NCBI GenBank assembly: GCA_977016875.1
Contig: CDRNST010000144.1
Span: forward strand, 372,001-436,000
DNA: 64,000 nucleotides
Reading direction: 5' to 3'
From: Pavona decussata
Lineage: Eukaryota
The notes under the pieces were generated by a model. That model made no database searches. It was not told the origin of the DNA and saw nothing but the letters and a program-made list of their open reading frames with translations. The position numbers were made by a program, and so were the translations under genes. Each line of letters opens with the position of its first letter. Positions within the stretch are counted from its first letter, which is position 1. Below are positions 37,365-51,296 of this stretch, one piece after another.

Positions 37365-39931
37365 ATGGCCTTTAACCAACAACATCAAAACAACGAAAAC
37401 CCGACCCAGCTACTCCTGGCCCCTCTTCCTCTAAGAGAAGAAAGAGCCTCTCAAGGAGAAACTTCGGAGCAATTCCTGGCCCTTCCACCTCGAAGGGAAA
37501 CAGGGTACACTACACAAACCGAAGGTGTGCCCTCTGTCTCAAAGAGGTCGTTAATATTAGGCGACATGTTATCGAAGTGCACACCAGGAAGAACGAGAGA
37601 ATCTCCATGGCTCGTGCTGACGCTCTTATTCAGATGTCGATCCATGGAGACAAAACTCGTGGAACTCGGAGAATAGAGAAGAAGGGAGACAAGAAAATAG
37701 AATTTGCAGGTCGGCGCAAGGAAATCTGCCCTTTGTGTGACAGAGTTCAGCAGTATCTAAGTACACACCTCCGTCGGTATCACCGACTGGACGACTCAGA
37801 GCAGTACAAAACCGCAATTCGTATCGCCAGGCCATACCAGGGAGTACACGGCGAAATCCAATGGGATTTTCATCTAAATGCCATCACCAACAAGACAAGG
37901 CGGACCCGAGGAGCAGAGTGAGATGAATCTGACTTTGTACCTTCAAAACAAGCAAAAGACGACGACACGCCTCATCCTATCAAACAGCTGCTTGCGGAAC
38001 TCCAAAGCAGCGATAGTGATGAGGACTACAAGCGTCCTCAAGAAAAAGAATTGGAAGATATTATACCTCCATCCCCAGAAAAAATCCCTTTGTCAAGAAC
38101 CCTTCCCCTAACAAGGAGCAATGACATCGCACAACAGGAAGGTGAAACCTCCAATGCAGAGCTCCTTGCAGATGATCACCATCAAGAATCGGCAGGGAGC
38201 AGTGACGACGAAGAGGATGTAGAGGAAGAGGATGAAGAGGAAGACGAAGACTGGAGCAAAAGTGAGTTGGAGGAAGAGCCAGAAGAGTACGCCACCCTTC
38301 AAGAATTATACCAAAGGCAAAAAAAGGGGCAGACACTCCTGTTGATGTTTTTCCGCCATTTGCAAGACATCAATGGAGGAGCTTGCAAGGAACGGCAAGC
38401 AATGCTTCATGCCCAAAATGTGCGAAAAATAAACCAGGCACTGGATGCCAATGGACAAGATCACGACATTGAGTGCCTCGTGAAGGATGGCGGGTCGTCC
38501 ATGTGGAGGAACTGGGCGAAACCTCTCCTGGACAACAAATCCAAAAGACCTGGTACCATCAAGTCATATTTCTGTTCTGTGGCAAAATTCCTTGACTTCA
38601 TTCTCGACCACACCAGGAATGAGGTTGAAGGAATGCCCGAAATCTTAGAAGACTCCCTGAGAGGTGTCGAGCAAGTCCTCCCACGAATCAGATCCTGGAG
38701 TTCATCCATCAATAAGCTGTATGCCACCGACCTGTGGTCAAAGATTCTGAAGGATAGGAGCGAGCCCATCAGCCCTCAAAATGTGGAGGACATGACGGGC
38801 ACCAAGGTTGCCACAGAAGCTATGTCCCTTCTCAAGAAATCGCAGGTTGCCAAAGTAAACGACAAGGAATTTGTGGCCATCCGAGATTTCCTAATAGCAA
38901 GACTGCAGCTAGAGAATGGTCAGCGACCAGGGCTCATTGAGTCAGCCACTCTTGAGGAGTTCCAAAGAGCAAAACGGCAGAAAACAGGATACATCATGCA
39001 TGTTGCTGGCCACAAAAATGCCCGGTTGGGTCCTGCCCCAATGTACATGAGTAACAATCTGTACAGCAACATCAAAGTCTACATTTCTCATGTACGTTCA
39101 TCGTTCGCTGACCAAAAGGCCAAGAAGTGTTTGTCAAAGCCAACAGCGGTACAGCCTTCAAAGAGGGGAAGATTGGGAAGCGGGTGACCGAATGGTGGCT
39201 GAAAGCAAAAAATCTTCATGTTTCAACCACCAAAATACGAAAGATGGCGGCCTTGACCCTTCATCACACCGACGACATCGATAAAAGAGCTGTCCATCAC
39301 CTCATGACACACAAGCCCTCTACTGCTGAAAAATATTATATGATAGATAACCTCAATGAGGCAGCAGAGAGGGATGCGTTGGTCCTGAGGAAAAATTTAA
39401 ACATCACTGACACGATGGAAACGCTAGAAAGTGACTTCCAGGCAGGCTTGTCCCAACGCTAACTGGAGGACATTGACCTGTTATTTGCAGAAATAATAGA
39501 GTCAAATGGCCTCCTAACCATAGACATTACCCGTAATTTCATGAGTGAAAACCTGGAATTGATGCCGTTAGTTGCTGATCAGAAGATGGTCAAAAAAGTT
39601 TATGACAGGGTGGCATACCTTAAAGGCAAAAACTTACCTTCCAAACTCGCGCAAATAGAGGAACAAGCTCCAGAGCAGAGAGCACAGGAATGGATCGCTG
39701 AGGAAACATCAAGCAGCCTGCAGTCGCGAGCAAGGTCCAAGTGGCACAAGAATGACAAGGATCGCGGCTGTGTTTAGTGCCTTCAAAGTGTGTCCAGGGA
39801 AAAAGATCATCGAGGAGGCCTTCAAACACCATGACAGCTTGGCCGAAATACAGAAGAGAAAAGGTTTCACTCGCTGCCACAAAAAGGTCAAGAACCTCTT
39901 TAAAAAATGGAACAAACCAGTAGGAAGATAG
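37365..39931 (+). pseudogene. Tyrosine recombinase (Crypton-like) gene with N-terminal zinc finger, acidic linker and Myb-like C-terminal tail; inactivated
   Basis: CPLCDRVQQYLSTHLRRYH; core-binding region KRPGTIKSYFCSVAKFLDF; catalytic ENGQRPG (R), HVAGHK (K), TTKIRK (R), LMTHKPSTAEKYY (H, Y). Stops at 37919 and 39460; frameshifts at ~39125 and ~39760. The 5' start (37365 vs 37607) is uncertain. Confidence 0.88.
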
Positions 39932-39946
39932 ATAAGTGTTAGTGGT

Positions 39947-40945
39947 CAGATTAGATTAGATTATAGATTAGATTAGATTACAGGTTCTTGACCTCAACCA
40001 AAGTTCCCAATAATTGGGAACAATTATTGAGTTTTAACAATTATTGTTACTGGAGTTTGTTCCTATAAAACCCTTGGTTTGCGTTTGTCGTTCTGTTTTG
40101 CTCCTGCATGGTTTGACTGAGTGTGTCGTCCTGTTTAGCTCCTGCGAGGTTTGTGAGGGTGTGTCGTACTGTTTAGCTCCTACATGGTTTGAGTGAGTGT
40201 CGTCCTGTTTAGCATCTGTTTTGAGCGAGTGTGTTTGTGTTGTGTTTCAATGGAAAACTAATATCTCAAAGGGACAGTGTCACACTAAGTGACAGCACAC
40301 GTACCCAATGTGTTTATATATTACAGTGTTACAGTTGGGTTTAGTTAATGTGATTCGGGTTAGCTCATTTCAATCTAAAACTAATTTCTCAAAGCAACAG
40401 TATCACATTTGGTCATGACCAATGTTGCCAATTTTAATCTTAGGCCGTTTTTATATATTACAGAGTTTTATCAAGGCGTTAGTGTGATTATGGTTAGGTT
40501 ATCTCAATGGAAAAATAATTTCTCAAAGGGACTGTGACACACTAAGTGAAACCACACGTTCCCAATTGTAACTGTAGATGGTTTTTATATATCGCATGGT
40601 TTTGTCAAAGCGACAGTATCACACTAAGTGACACCACACGTACTCAATGTCTTTATATATTACAGTGTTACAGTTAAGTTAGGTTAATATGATTAGGGTT
40701 AGCTTATTTCAATCTAAAACTAATTTCTCAAAGCAACAGTATCACATTTGTTCACGACCAAAAATGCCAATTTTAATCTTAGGCGGTTTTTATATATTAC
40801 AGAGTTTTATCAAAGCGTTAGTGTGATTAGGGTTAGGTTATCTCAATGGAAAAATAATTTCTCAAAGGGAGGGTGACACACTAAGTGAACCCACACGTTC
40901 CCGATTGTAACTGTAGGCGGTTTTTATATATTACAGAGTTTTATC
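39947..40945 (+). repeat. Repeat block after the recombinase: (GATTA)n, four ~40 bp units (40085-40230) and a ~350 bp duplication built of ~120 bp subunits (40250-40945)
   Basis: 'gtgtgtcgtcctgtttagctcctg' four times; 'caat(gg/ct)aaaa.taatttctcaaag..acagt.tcaca' recurring. Confidence 0.8.
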
Positions 40946-41455
40946 ATGTTAAAATCATGTGTACTTTTCTGTGTCTTTTGTAAGTTTTGGGTAATGCTTT
41001 AAAAGTTCCAAATGGCCTCCCTCCAGACTTAAAATCTCCATATATGGTGAAAATAAAATTCAAAACATTCCAAAATATCATTTTCACTTGATTTTCTCTT
41101 TAGAAAAAGTTCGAGAAATTTTAAAACTTGACCCGAAATCATAGGCCAACCCCTTTGGAAAAAAATTCCAAGATGGCTCCAGGGGGTTGTCAAATCTCCA
41201 TACATAGCTAATATGACATTAAAAACACTCAACAACATCGCTCAACATAATCACTACGCTTTTTTTTACAATACACAGACTTAGAAAAAATAAAAAAATT
41301 TCAACCAAATCAAGAAAAAAAAATATAAAAAAAATGTTCAAAACATCTTCAGTAGAATCCTGCACTAAACCCCTCTTAGAAACAAGCAGAACATCACGAT
41401 TCCACACAAATTTCGAGAATCCTCCAGGGATTAAAAGTTAACCCGGCCAATAAGT

Positions 41456-41611
41456 ATGTAAATCACCCACTTTAACGTAGGCAAATCACCCACGTAGGCA
41501 GCTCACCTTAACGCGTAGGCAAATCACCCACTCAAGTAGGCAAATCACCCATACGTAGGTAAATCACCCAAACGCGTAGCCAAATCACCAGAACACCAAC
41601 CATCACCCTAA
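41456..41611 (+). repeat. Array of ~7 GTAGGCAAATCACCCA motifs ending at CACCCTA
   Basis: Directly visible tandem motif copies separated by short variable spacers. Confidence 0.9.
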
Positions 41612-41672
41612 TAATTTTAGGATAAGTTTTAATCGATCTTAATTCTTATGTTTTATGAAACATGACCATCTA

Positions 41673-44600
41673 TACCGAAGATTTTTTCACTTTGCTGCTG
41701 TCAGAAGAAATACAACATCTTTTGGAAGGGTTTTCACGATTGACAAAAAGACGATGACACACTCCAAACGCAAACTAAAAGACCTACCGTTTGGGAATTT
41801 TATTTTGGTGTTTTATAATGTGTGCCTCTATAACCGGACTACAATTTGAAAAACATTAACTAACTGCATCAGAGAGGCAATTTCTGTCTGTTTTCTTCTG
41901 CTTCTGATATGTTTTGTCGAGTGCAAAGGAGAGCGTTTTCTTTTTCCTCTAATCCTTTTTCAGTCTGAACCAACTCGTCTTGGAACTTGGTTTGCACGGT
42001 GTTAAGGAGGGTGTGGAATAAATGCAAGCCTATTTTGAGATGCATTACTTTATTTTTCAGTTTGAGCCTGTGTACTGAAAATACTTAATAACTGGGGCTT
42101 GTGTAACAGCACTTTTGGAGACTGGAAGGCAAATTGGGGTGATTCATCTTTGTACGGTCGAGTTCCTTACTTCTAACTTTCTTTAATGAGATTGAATCTT
42201 CCAACTTATCTTTAGTAATGTTATAGTGTTTTTGGATAGTACAGGAGAAAACCAATAATTGTTGCTGTTAGCGCTCATTCCTTAGTAAGCTGTACAGAAG
42301 GCGTCGACATATTGGGCAGATGCGACTGCAAAGCAGCAAATGTTCGCTGCATCATTATCATCATCGTCATTATCGTCAAATGTCAACTTTTCCTTTAACA
42401 TGCGTTTTGGACTACTTCCGTTTTCTGACAACTTGTTTAAAAGAACCGCGCACATTTTTTCCTGTTTGTACAAGTGGCACTTGTTTGCTGATACGGTTGT
42501 AGTAGTTGGTTTGTTTGTACTTTTGCTTTATCAGCTTGTCATTCACATCTGTTTGGATCTTTTGTTTTAACAACGAACTGCTGGTGGGGTGAAGAAGTTC
42601 TCGACGAAGCTTTCCAATTTATCAATACGGTACTCTTCCGCCAAAAGGGGGCTCCTGTAGCGTTTGGCCAATAGACTACCGTTGCGTAGCCAAGAGGTTG
42701 TTTCATCACTTTTCGACGATAAAACGGGTTGGAAAGCTGATCCAATACGACGGAGTTTTGGATCAAAATTTTTCGTTCAGGTATCCTGGTTCGCTACAAT
42801 TTCTGGCTGCATCACATGTTCGTCTCGTGCATTTGCTATAATTTGGTTGCAGGTCTCCTCAAGTTGTTTCAATAGCCTTTGTCTTCTTTCTTCTCCTTCT
42901 GATGTCCGCTGTCGAGTGCGAAGGGGGCGTTCTCTTTCTCCTCTTATCCCCTCTCAGAGGAAGAAAACATATTAGGCAGATGCCACTGCCAAACAGCAAA
43001 ATCAATCCATATCCGAGAAGGTTTGAGTAGTTCTTTGGGGCGTTCATCGTTCCATATTCTTCTATATTTTACTATATTCTTCTATATCTTACTATATTCT
43101 TCTATATCCTTTATATTCTAAATATCGTTCTTTATAACTTGCAATAAATTTCTAAAGACGCAACGCAAAATGGAATCTATTTGTTAATTATTGTTGTTGA
43201 TGGATTAATGTTCAACACTTACCCTTTGGGAATCTGATTTTGGTCTTTTATAATTTTTGCCTCTATAAGTGGACTACAATTCGAAAAAACATCAGTTAAC
43301 TCCTTGGCTGTAGTTTGCAATTAAAGCAAATAACACTTGTTAAAATTATTCGTCTTCGTAACTTGCAATAAATCTGTGCATTATCATGTGTTTCTGTTAG
43401 CGCTCATTCCTTATTAAGCTGTACAGAAGGTGTCCACATATTGGGCAGATGCGACTGTCAAGCAGCAAATGTTCACTGCATCATCAACGTCATCATCGTC
43501 ATCATTATCATCAAAACGGCACTTTATAAATTGATGAACGGATAATTACAAGATACATCTTTTCCTTTAGTATTAAGTCATGATTGGTTTCTTGACTTAT
43601 TTTGAAATGTACTGAAAAAAACATCAAAATATACAGAATACAATCTAAATACTGAAAGAAGCCACTAAATAAAAGCTAATACCTATGTTATAAATCTATA
43701 TATGAACAGTAGAACTTACTAATTATTAAAGCAGTTGTCATTTTTATGAATTTTTACCTGTTAACTAAATGCTTAACAGGATTTAATTGATATAAGCTAC
43801 TTGTATATTTTAATATTAACTTAGCTATATGTTCATCGAAAGTTGCATGTGAATAAGCCCCAATTTTTTTCCAGAAAGGGATTAAGTATTGGTATTCATT
43901 CAAAGTTGATATAGATGTTGTTTCTGCGAATAGCATTGGATCTGTTTTACGGAATAAAAATGCTCGATGTTATTTGGGAGTTACTTTGGATGACGTTTGT
44001 TCAACTGTTGTGGGTGATGTGCAGGTCTAGTTGTCTTGGGGTTGCACTACAGATGTGGTTTCGGCCACCTAAGCAAATGGTTTCTTGTACTTATGAAGAT
44101 GTTTACGATTTCTTGTGTACAGTTTGCCATTTCAGTCCGTAGTTTATATGAGGAAATGTCAATTTTTCCTTTAACATGGGTTTTGAACCACCTCCGTTTT
44201 CTGACAACTTGTTTAAAGGAACTGCGCAAATTTTTTCCTTACTGTAAAAGTGGCACTTGTTTGCTGATATGGTTGTAGCAGTTGGTTTGTTTGTACTTCT
44301 GCTTTATCAACTTTTTTTCACATTTGCTTGGATCTTTTGTTTTAACCACGAACTGCTGGTTGGAAGCAGTGTTCTTGTTTCCAGTTGTCTTGTTCAGCGA
44401 CCGAAGATTTTTTGTATCTGCTGCTGTTTGTCTGCATGCGTTTTGGAGTAGCTCCGTTTTCTGACAACTTGTTTAAAAGAACCGCGCACATTTTTTCCTG
44501 TTTGTAAAAGTGGCACTTCTTTGCTGATATGGCTGTAGCAGTTGGTTTGTTTGTACTTCTGCTTTATCAACTTTTTTTCACATTTGCTTGGATCTTTTGT

Positions 44601-45335
44601 TTTAACAACGAACTGCTGGTGGGAAGCAGTGTTCTTGTTTGCAGTTATCTTGTTCAGCGACCGAAGATTTTTTCTGCCTCCTGCTGTCGAAAGAAATACA
44701 ACATCTTTTGGAAGGGTTTTCATGATTGACAAAACTACGATGACACACTCCAAACGCAAACTAAAAGACCTACCGTTTGGGAATTTTATTTTGGTGTTTT
44801 ATAATGTGTGCCTCTATAACCAGACTACAATTTGAAAAACATTAACTAACTGCATCAGAGAGGCAATTTCTGTCTGTTTTCTTCTGCTTCTGATATGTTT
44901 TGTCGAGTGCAAAGGAGAGCGTTTTCTTTTTCCTCTAATCCTTTTCCAGTCTGAACCAACTCGTCTTGGAACTTGGTTTGCACGGTGTTAAGGAGGGTGT
45001 GGAATAAATGCAAGCCTATTTTGAGATGCATTACTTTATTTTTCAGTTTGAGCCTGTGTACTGAAAATACTTAATAACTGGGGCTTGTGTAACAGCAGTT
45101 ATGGAGACTGGAAGGCAAATTGGGGTGATTCATCTTTGTACGGTCGAGTTCCTTACTTCTAACTTTGATTAATGAGATTGAATCTTCCAACTTATCTTTA
45201 GTAATGTTATAGTGTTTTTGGATAGTACAGGAGAAAACCAATAATTGTTGCTGTTAGCGCTCATTCCTTAGTAAGCTGTACAGAAGGCGTCGACATATTG
45301 GGCAGATGCGACTGCCAAGCAGCAAATGTTCGCTG

Positions 45336-45375
<40 letters not shown>

Positions 45376-48300
45376 GTCATTTTCGTCAAATGTCAACTTT
45401 TCCTTTAACATGCGTTTTGGACTACTTCCGTTTTCTGACAACTTGTTTAAAAGAACCCCGCACATTTTTTCCTGTATGTAAAAGTGGCACTTGTTTGCTG
45501 ATACGGTTGTAGTAGTTGGTTTGTTTGTACTTTTGCTTTATCAGCTTGTCATTCACATCTGTTTGGATCTTTTGTTTTAACAACGAACTGCTGGTGGGGT
45601 GAAGAAGTTCTCGACGAAGCTTTCCAATTTATCAATACGGTACTCTTCCGCCAAAAGGGGGCTCCTGTAGCGTTTGGCCAATAGACTACCGTTGCGTAGC
45701 CAAGAGGCTTTTTCATAACTTTTCGATGATAAAACAGGTTTGAAAGCTGATCCAATACGACGGAGTTTTGGATCAAAATTTTTCGTTCAGGTATCCTGGT
45801 TTGCTGCAATTTCTGCCTGCATCACATGTTCGTCTCGTGTATTTGCTATAATTTGGTTGCAGGTCTCTTCAAGTTGTTTCAATAACCTTTGTCTTCTTTC
45901 TTCTCCTTCTGATATTCGCTGTCAAGTGCGAAAGGGGCGTTCTCTTTCTCCTCTTAACCCCTCTCAGAGGAAGAAAACATATTAGACAGATGCCACTGCC
46001 AAGCAGCAAAATCAATCCATATCCGAGAAGGTTTGAGTAGTTCTTTGGGGCCTTCATCGTTCCATATTCTTCTATTTTTCGTCATCATTTATCATCGTCA
46101 TTATAATCGTCATCATTATCATCAAAACGGCACTTTATAAATTGATGAACGGATAATTACAAGATACATCTTTTTAGTATTAAATCATGATTGGTTTCTT
46201 GACTTATTTTGAAATGTACAGAAGAAAACAAATCAAAATATACAGAATACAATCTAAATACTGTAAGAAGCCACCAAATAAAAGCTAACACGTATGTTAT
46301 AAATTTTTATATGAACAGTAGAACAACTTACTAATTATTAAAGCAGTTATAATTTTTCTGAATTTTTACCTATTAACTAAATGCTTAACAGGATTTAATT
46401 GATATAAGCTACTTGTATATTTTAATATTAAGTTAGCTATTTGTTCATCGAAAGTTGCATGTGAATAAGCCCCAATTTTTTTCCAGAAAGGGATTAAGTA
46501 TTGGTATTAATTCAATGTCGTACAGAGAGTTGATATAGATGTTGTTTCTGCGAGTAGCATTGGATCTGTTTTATGGACTAAAAATGCTGGATGTTATTTG
46601 GGAGTTACTTTGGATGAAGTTGGTTCAACTGTTGTGGGTGATGTGCCCGTCTACTTGTCTTTGGGTTGCACTACCGATGTGGTTTCGGCCACCTAAGCAA
46701 ATGGTTTCTTGTACTTATGAAGATGTTTACGATTTCTTGTGTACAGTTTGCCATTTCAGTCCGTAGTTTATATGAGGAAATGTCAATTTTTCCTTTAACA
46801 TGGGTTTTGAACCACCTCCGTTTTCTGACAACTTGTTTAAAGGAACTGCGCAAATTTTTTCCTTACTGTAAAAGTGGCACTTGTTTGATGATATGGTTGT
46901 AGCAGTTGGTTTGTTTGTACTTCTGCTTTATCAACTTTTTTTCACATTTGCTTGGATCTTTTGTTTTAACAACGAACTGCTGGTTGGAAGCAGTGTTCTT
47001 GTTTGCAGTTATCTTGTTCAGCGACCGAAGATTTTTTGTGTCTGCTGCTGTTTGTCTGCATGCCTTTTGGACTACTTCCGTTTTCTGACAACCTGTTTAA
47101 AAGAACCGCGCACATTTTTTCCTGTTTATAAAAGTGGCACTTGTTTGCTGATATGGTTGTAGCAGTTGGTTTGTTTGTACTTCTGCTTTATCAACTTTTT
47201 TTCACATTTGCTTGGATCTTTTGTTTTAACAACGAACTGCTGGTGGGAAGCAGTGTTCTTGTTTGCAGTTATCTTGTTCAGCGACCGAAGATTTTTTGTG
47301 TCTTCTGCTGTCGAAAGAAATACAACATCTTTTGGAAGGGTTTTCACGATTGACAAAAAGACGATGACACACTCCAAACGCAAACTAAAAGACCTACCGT
47401 TTGGGAATTTTATTTTGGTGTTTTATAATGTGTGCCTCTATAACCGGACTACAATTTGAAAAACATTAACTAACTGCATCAGAGAGGCAATTTCTGTCTG
47501 TTTTCTTCTCCTTCTGATATGTTTTGTCCAGTGCAAAGGAGAGCGTTTTCTTTTTCCTCTAATCCTTTTTCAGTCTGAACCAACTCGTCTTGGAACTTGG
47601 TTTGCACGGTGTTAAGGAGGGTGTGGAATAAATGCAAGCCTATTTTGAGGTGCATTACTTTGTTTTTCAGTTTGAGCCTGTGTACTGAAAATACTTAATA
47701 ACTGGGGCTTGTGTAAAAGCCGTTTTGGAGACTGGAAGGCAAATTGGGGTGATTCATCTTTGTACGGTCGAGTTCCTTACTTTTAACTTTCTTTAATGAG
47801 ATTGAATCTTCCAACTTATCTTTAGTAATGTTATATTGTCTTTTTGGATAGTACAGGAGAAAACCAATAATTGTTGCTGTTAGCACTCATCCTTAGTAAG
47901 CTATACAGAAGGCGTCGACATATTGCGCAGATGCGACTGCCAAGCAGCAAATGTTCGCTGCATTATCATCATCATCATCGTCATTATCGTCAAATGTCAA
48001 CTTTTCCTTTAACATGCGTTTTGGACTACTTCCGTTTTCTGACAACTTGTTTAAAAGAACCGCGCACATTATTTCCTGTTTGTAAAAGTGGCACTTGTTT
48101 GCTGATACTCTTGTAGCAGTTGGTTTGTTTGTACTTTTGCTTTATCAGCTTGTCATTCACATCTGTTTGGATCTTTTGTTTTAACAACGAACTGCTGGTG
48201 GGGTGAAGAAGTTCTCGCCGAAGCTTTCCAATTTATCAATACGGTACTCTTCCGCCAAAAGGGGGCTCCTGTAGCGTTTTGCCAATTGACTACCGTTGCG

Positions 48301-51296
48301 TAGCCAAGAGGTTGTTTCATCACTTTTCGACGATAAAACGGGTTTGAAAGCTGATCCAATACGACGGAGTTTTGGATCAAAATTTTTCGTTCAGGTATCC
48401 TGGTTCGCTGCAATTTCTGCCTGCATCACATGTTCGTCTCGTGTATTTGCTATAATTTGGTTGCAGGTCTCCTCAAGTTGTTTCAATAGCCTTTGTCTTT
48501 TTTCTTCTCCTTCTGATATCCGCTGTCCAGTGCGAAGGGGGCGTTCTCTTTCTCCTCTAATCCCCTCTCAGAGGAAGAAAACATATTAGGCAGATGCCAC
48601 TGCCAAGCAGCAAAATCAATCCATATCCAAGAAGGTTTGAGTAGTTCTTTGGGGCGTTCATCGTTCCATATTCTTCTATATTTTTCTATATTCTTCTATA
48701 TCTTACTATATTCCTCCACATCCTTTATATTCTAAAACTCGTTCTTCTTGGTAACTTGCAATAAATTTGCACAGACGCAACGCAAAATGGAATCTATTTG
48801 TTAATTATTGTTGTTGATGCATTAATGTTCAACAATTACCCTTTGGGAATCTGATTTTGGTCTTCTATAATTTTTGCCTCTATAAGTGGACTACAATTTG
48901 AAAAAACATCAGTTAACTCCTTGGCTGTAGTTTGGAATTAAAGCAAATAACACTTGTCAAAATTATTCATCCTTGTAACTTGCAATAAATCTGTGCATTA
49001 TCATGTGTTTCTGTTAGCGCTTATTCCTTAGTAAGCTGTACAGAAGGTGTCGACATATTGGGCAGATGCGACTGTCAAGCAGCAAATGTTCACTGCATCA
49101 TCAACATCATCGTCATCATTCATCATCATCATTATAATCGTCATCATTATCATCAAAACGGCACTTTATAAATTGATGAACGGATAATTACAAGATACAT
49201 CTTTTCCTTTAGTATTAAATCATGATTGGTTCCTTGACTTATTTTGAAATGTACAGAAGAAAACAAATCAAAATATACAGAATACAATCTAAATACTGTA
49301 AGAAGCCACTAAATAAAAGCTTATACGTATGTTATAAATCTATATATGAACAGTAGAACAACTTACTAATTATTAAGGCAGTTATGATATGAATTTTTAC
49401 CTGTTTACTAAATGCTTAACAGGATTTAATTGATATAAGCTACTTGTATATTCTAATATTAAGTTAACTATATGTTCATCGAAAGTTGCATGTGAATAAG
49501 CCCCAATTTTTTACCAGAAAGGGATTAAGTATTGGTATTAATTCAATGTCGTACAGAGAATTGATAAGGATGTTGCTTCTGCGAATAGCATTGGATCTGT
49601 TTTACGGAATAAAAATGCTGGATGTTATTTTGGAGTTACTTTGGATGAAGTTGGTTAAACTGTTGTGGGTGAAGTGCACGTCTAGTTGTCTTGGGGTTGC
49701 ACTACAGATGTGGTTTCGACAGACTAAGCAAATGGTTTCTTGTACTTATGAAGATGTTTACGATTTCTTGTGTACAGTTTGCCATTTCAGTCCGTAGTTT
49801 ATATGAGAAAATGTCAATTTTCTCTTTAACATGGGTTTTAAACCACATCCGTTGTCTGACAACTTGTTTAAAGGAACTGCGCAAATTTTTTCCTTACTGT
49901 AAAAGTGGCACTTGTTTGCTGATACGGTTGTAGTAGTTGGTTTGTTTGTACTTCTGCTTTATCAACTTTTTTTCACAGTTGCTTGGATCTTTTGTTTTAA
50001 CAACGAACTGCTGGTGGGAAGCAGTGTTCTTGTTTGCAGTTATCTTGTTCAGGGACCGAAGATTTTTTGTGTCTGCTGCTGTCGAAAGAAATACAACATC
50101 TTTTGGAAGGGTTTTTACGATTGACAAAAAGACGATGACACACTCCAAACGCAAACTAAAAGACCTACCGTTTGGGAATTTTATTTTGGTGTTTTATAAT
50201 GTGTGCCTCTATAACCGGACTACAATTTGAAATACATTAACTAACTGCATCAGAGAGGCAATTTGTCTGTTTTCTTCTGCTTCTGATATGTTTTGTCCAG
50301 TGCAAAGGAGAGCGTTTTCTTTTTTCTCTAATGCTTTTTCAGTCTGAACCAACTCGTCTTGGAACTTGGTTTGCACGGTGTTAAGGAGGGTGTGGAATAA
50401 ATGCAAGCCTATTTTGAGATGCATTACTTTGTTTTTCAGTTTGAGCCTGTGTACTAAAAATACTTAATAACTGGGGCTTGTGTAACAGCAGTTTTGGAGA
50501 CTGAAAGGCAAATTGGGGTGATTCATCTTTGTACGGTCGAGTTCCTTACTTCTAACTTTGTTTAATGAGACTGAATCTTCCAACTTATCTTTCGTAATGT
50601 TATAGTGTGTTTTTGGATAGTACAGGAGGAAACCAATAATTGTTGCTGTTAGCGCTCATTCCTTAGTAAGCTGTACAGAAGGCGTCGACATGTTGGGTAG
50701 CTGCGACTGCCAAGCAGCAAATGTTTGCTGCATCATCATCGTCATTATCGTCAAATGTCAACTTTTCCTTTAACATGCATTTTGGACTACTTCCGTTTTC
50801 TGACAACTTGTTTAAAAGAACCGCGCACATTTCTTCCTGTTTGTAAAAGTGGCACTTGTTTGCTGATATGGTTGTAGCAGTTGGTTTGTTTGTACTTCTG
50901 CTTTATCAACTTTTTTTCACACTTGCTTGGATCTTTTGTTTTAACAACGAACTGCTGGTGGGAAGCAGTGTTTTTGTTTGCAGTTATCTTGTTCAGCGAT
51001 CGCAGATTTTTTGTGTCTGCTGCTGTCGCAAGAAATACAACATCTTTTGGAAGGGTTTTGACGATTGACAAAAAGATGACACACTCCAAACGCAAACTAA
51101 AAGACCTACCGTTTGGGAATTTTATTTTGGTGTTTTATAATGTGTGCCTCTATAACCGGACTACAATTTGAAAAACATTAACTAACTGCATCAAAGAGGC
51201 AATTTCTGTCTGTTTTCTTCTGCTTCTGATATGTTTTGTCCAGTGCAAAGGAGAGCGTTTTCTTTTTCCTCTAATCCTTTTTCAGTCTGAACCAAC
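41673..51296. repeat. Complex modular tandem repeat (~9.6 kb; three ~2.6-3.0 kb units, one ~0.94 kb unit and a partial unit)
   Basis: Anchor 'gaaatacaacatcttttggaaggg' at ~41707, 44693, 47317, 50088 and 51032. Internal module 'ccgttttctgacaacttgtttaaa' occurs about 9 times. Variable (CAT)n tracts. Confidence 0.95.

Noticed and set aside
41456-41611. CRISPR-like appearance of the short repeats with spacers (also 32596-32711 and 54576-54985)
   Set aside because: Spacers are only a few bases or are themselves repeated, there are no cas genes, and the context is eukaryotic.
41655-51171. Dozens of short ORFs in the satellite, including poly-His and poly-Asp frames
   Set aside because: They recur because the DNA is repeated; the poly-His and poly-Asp frames come from (CAT)n. 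No domain is recognisable.
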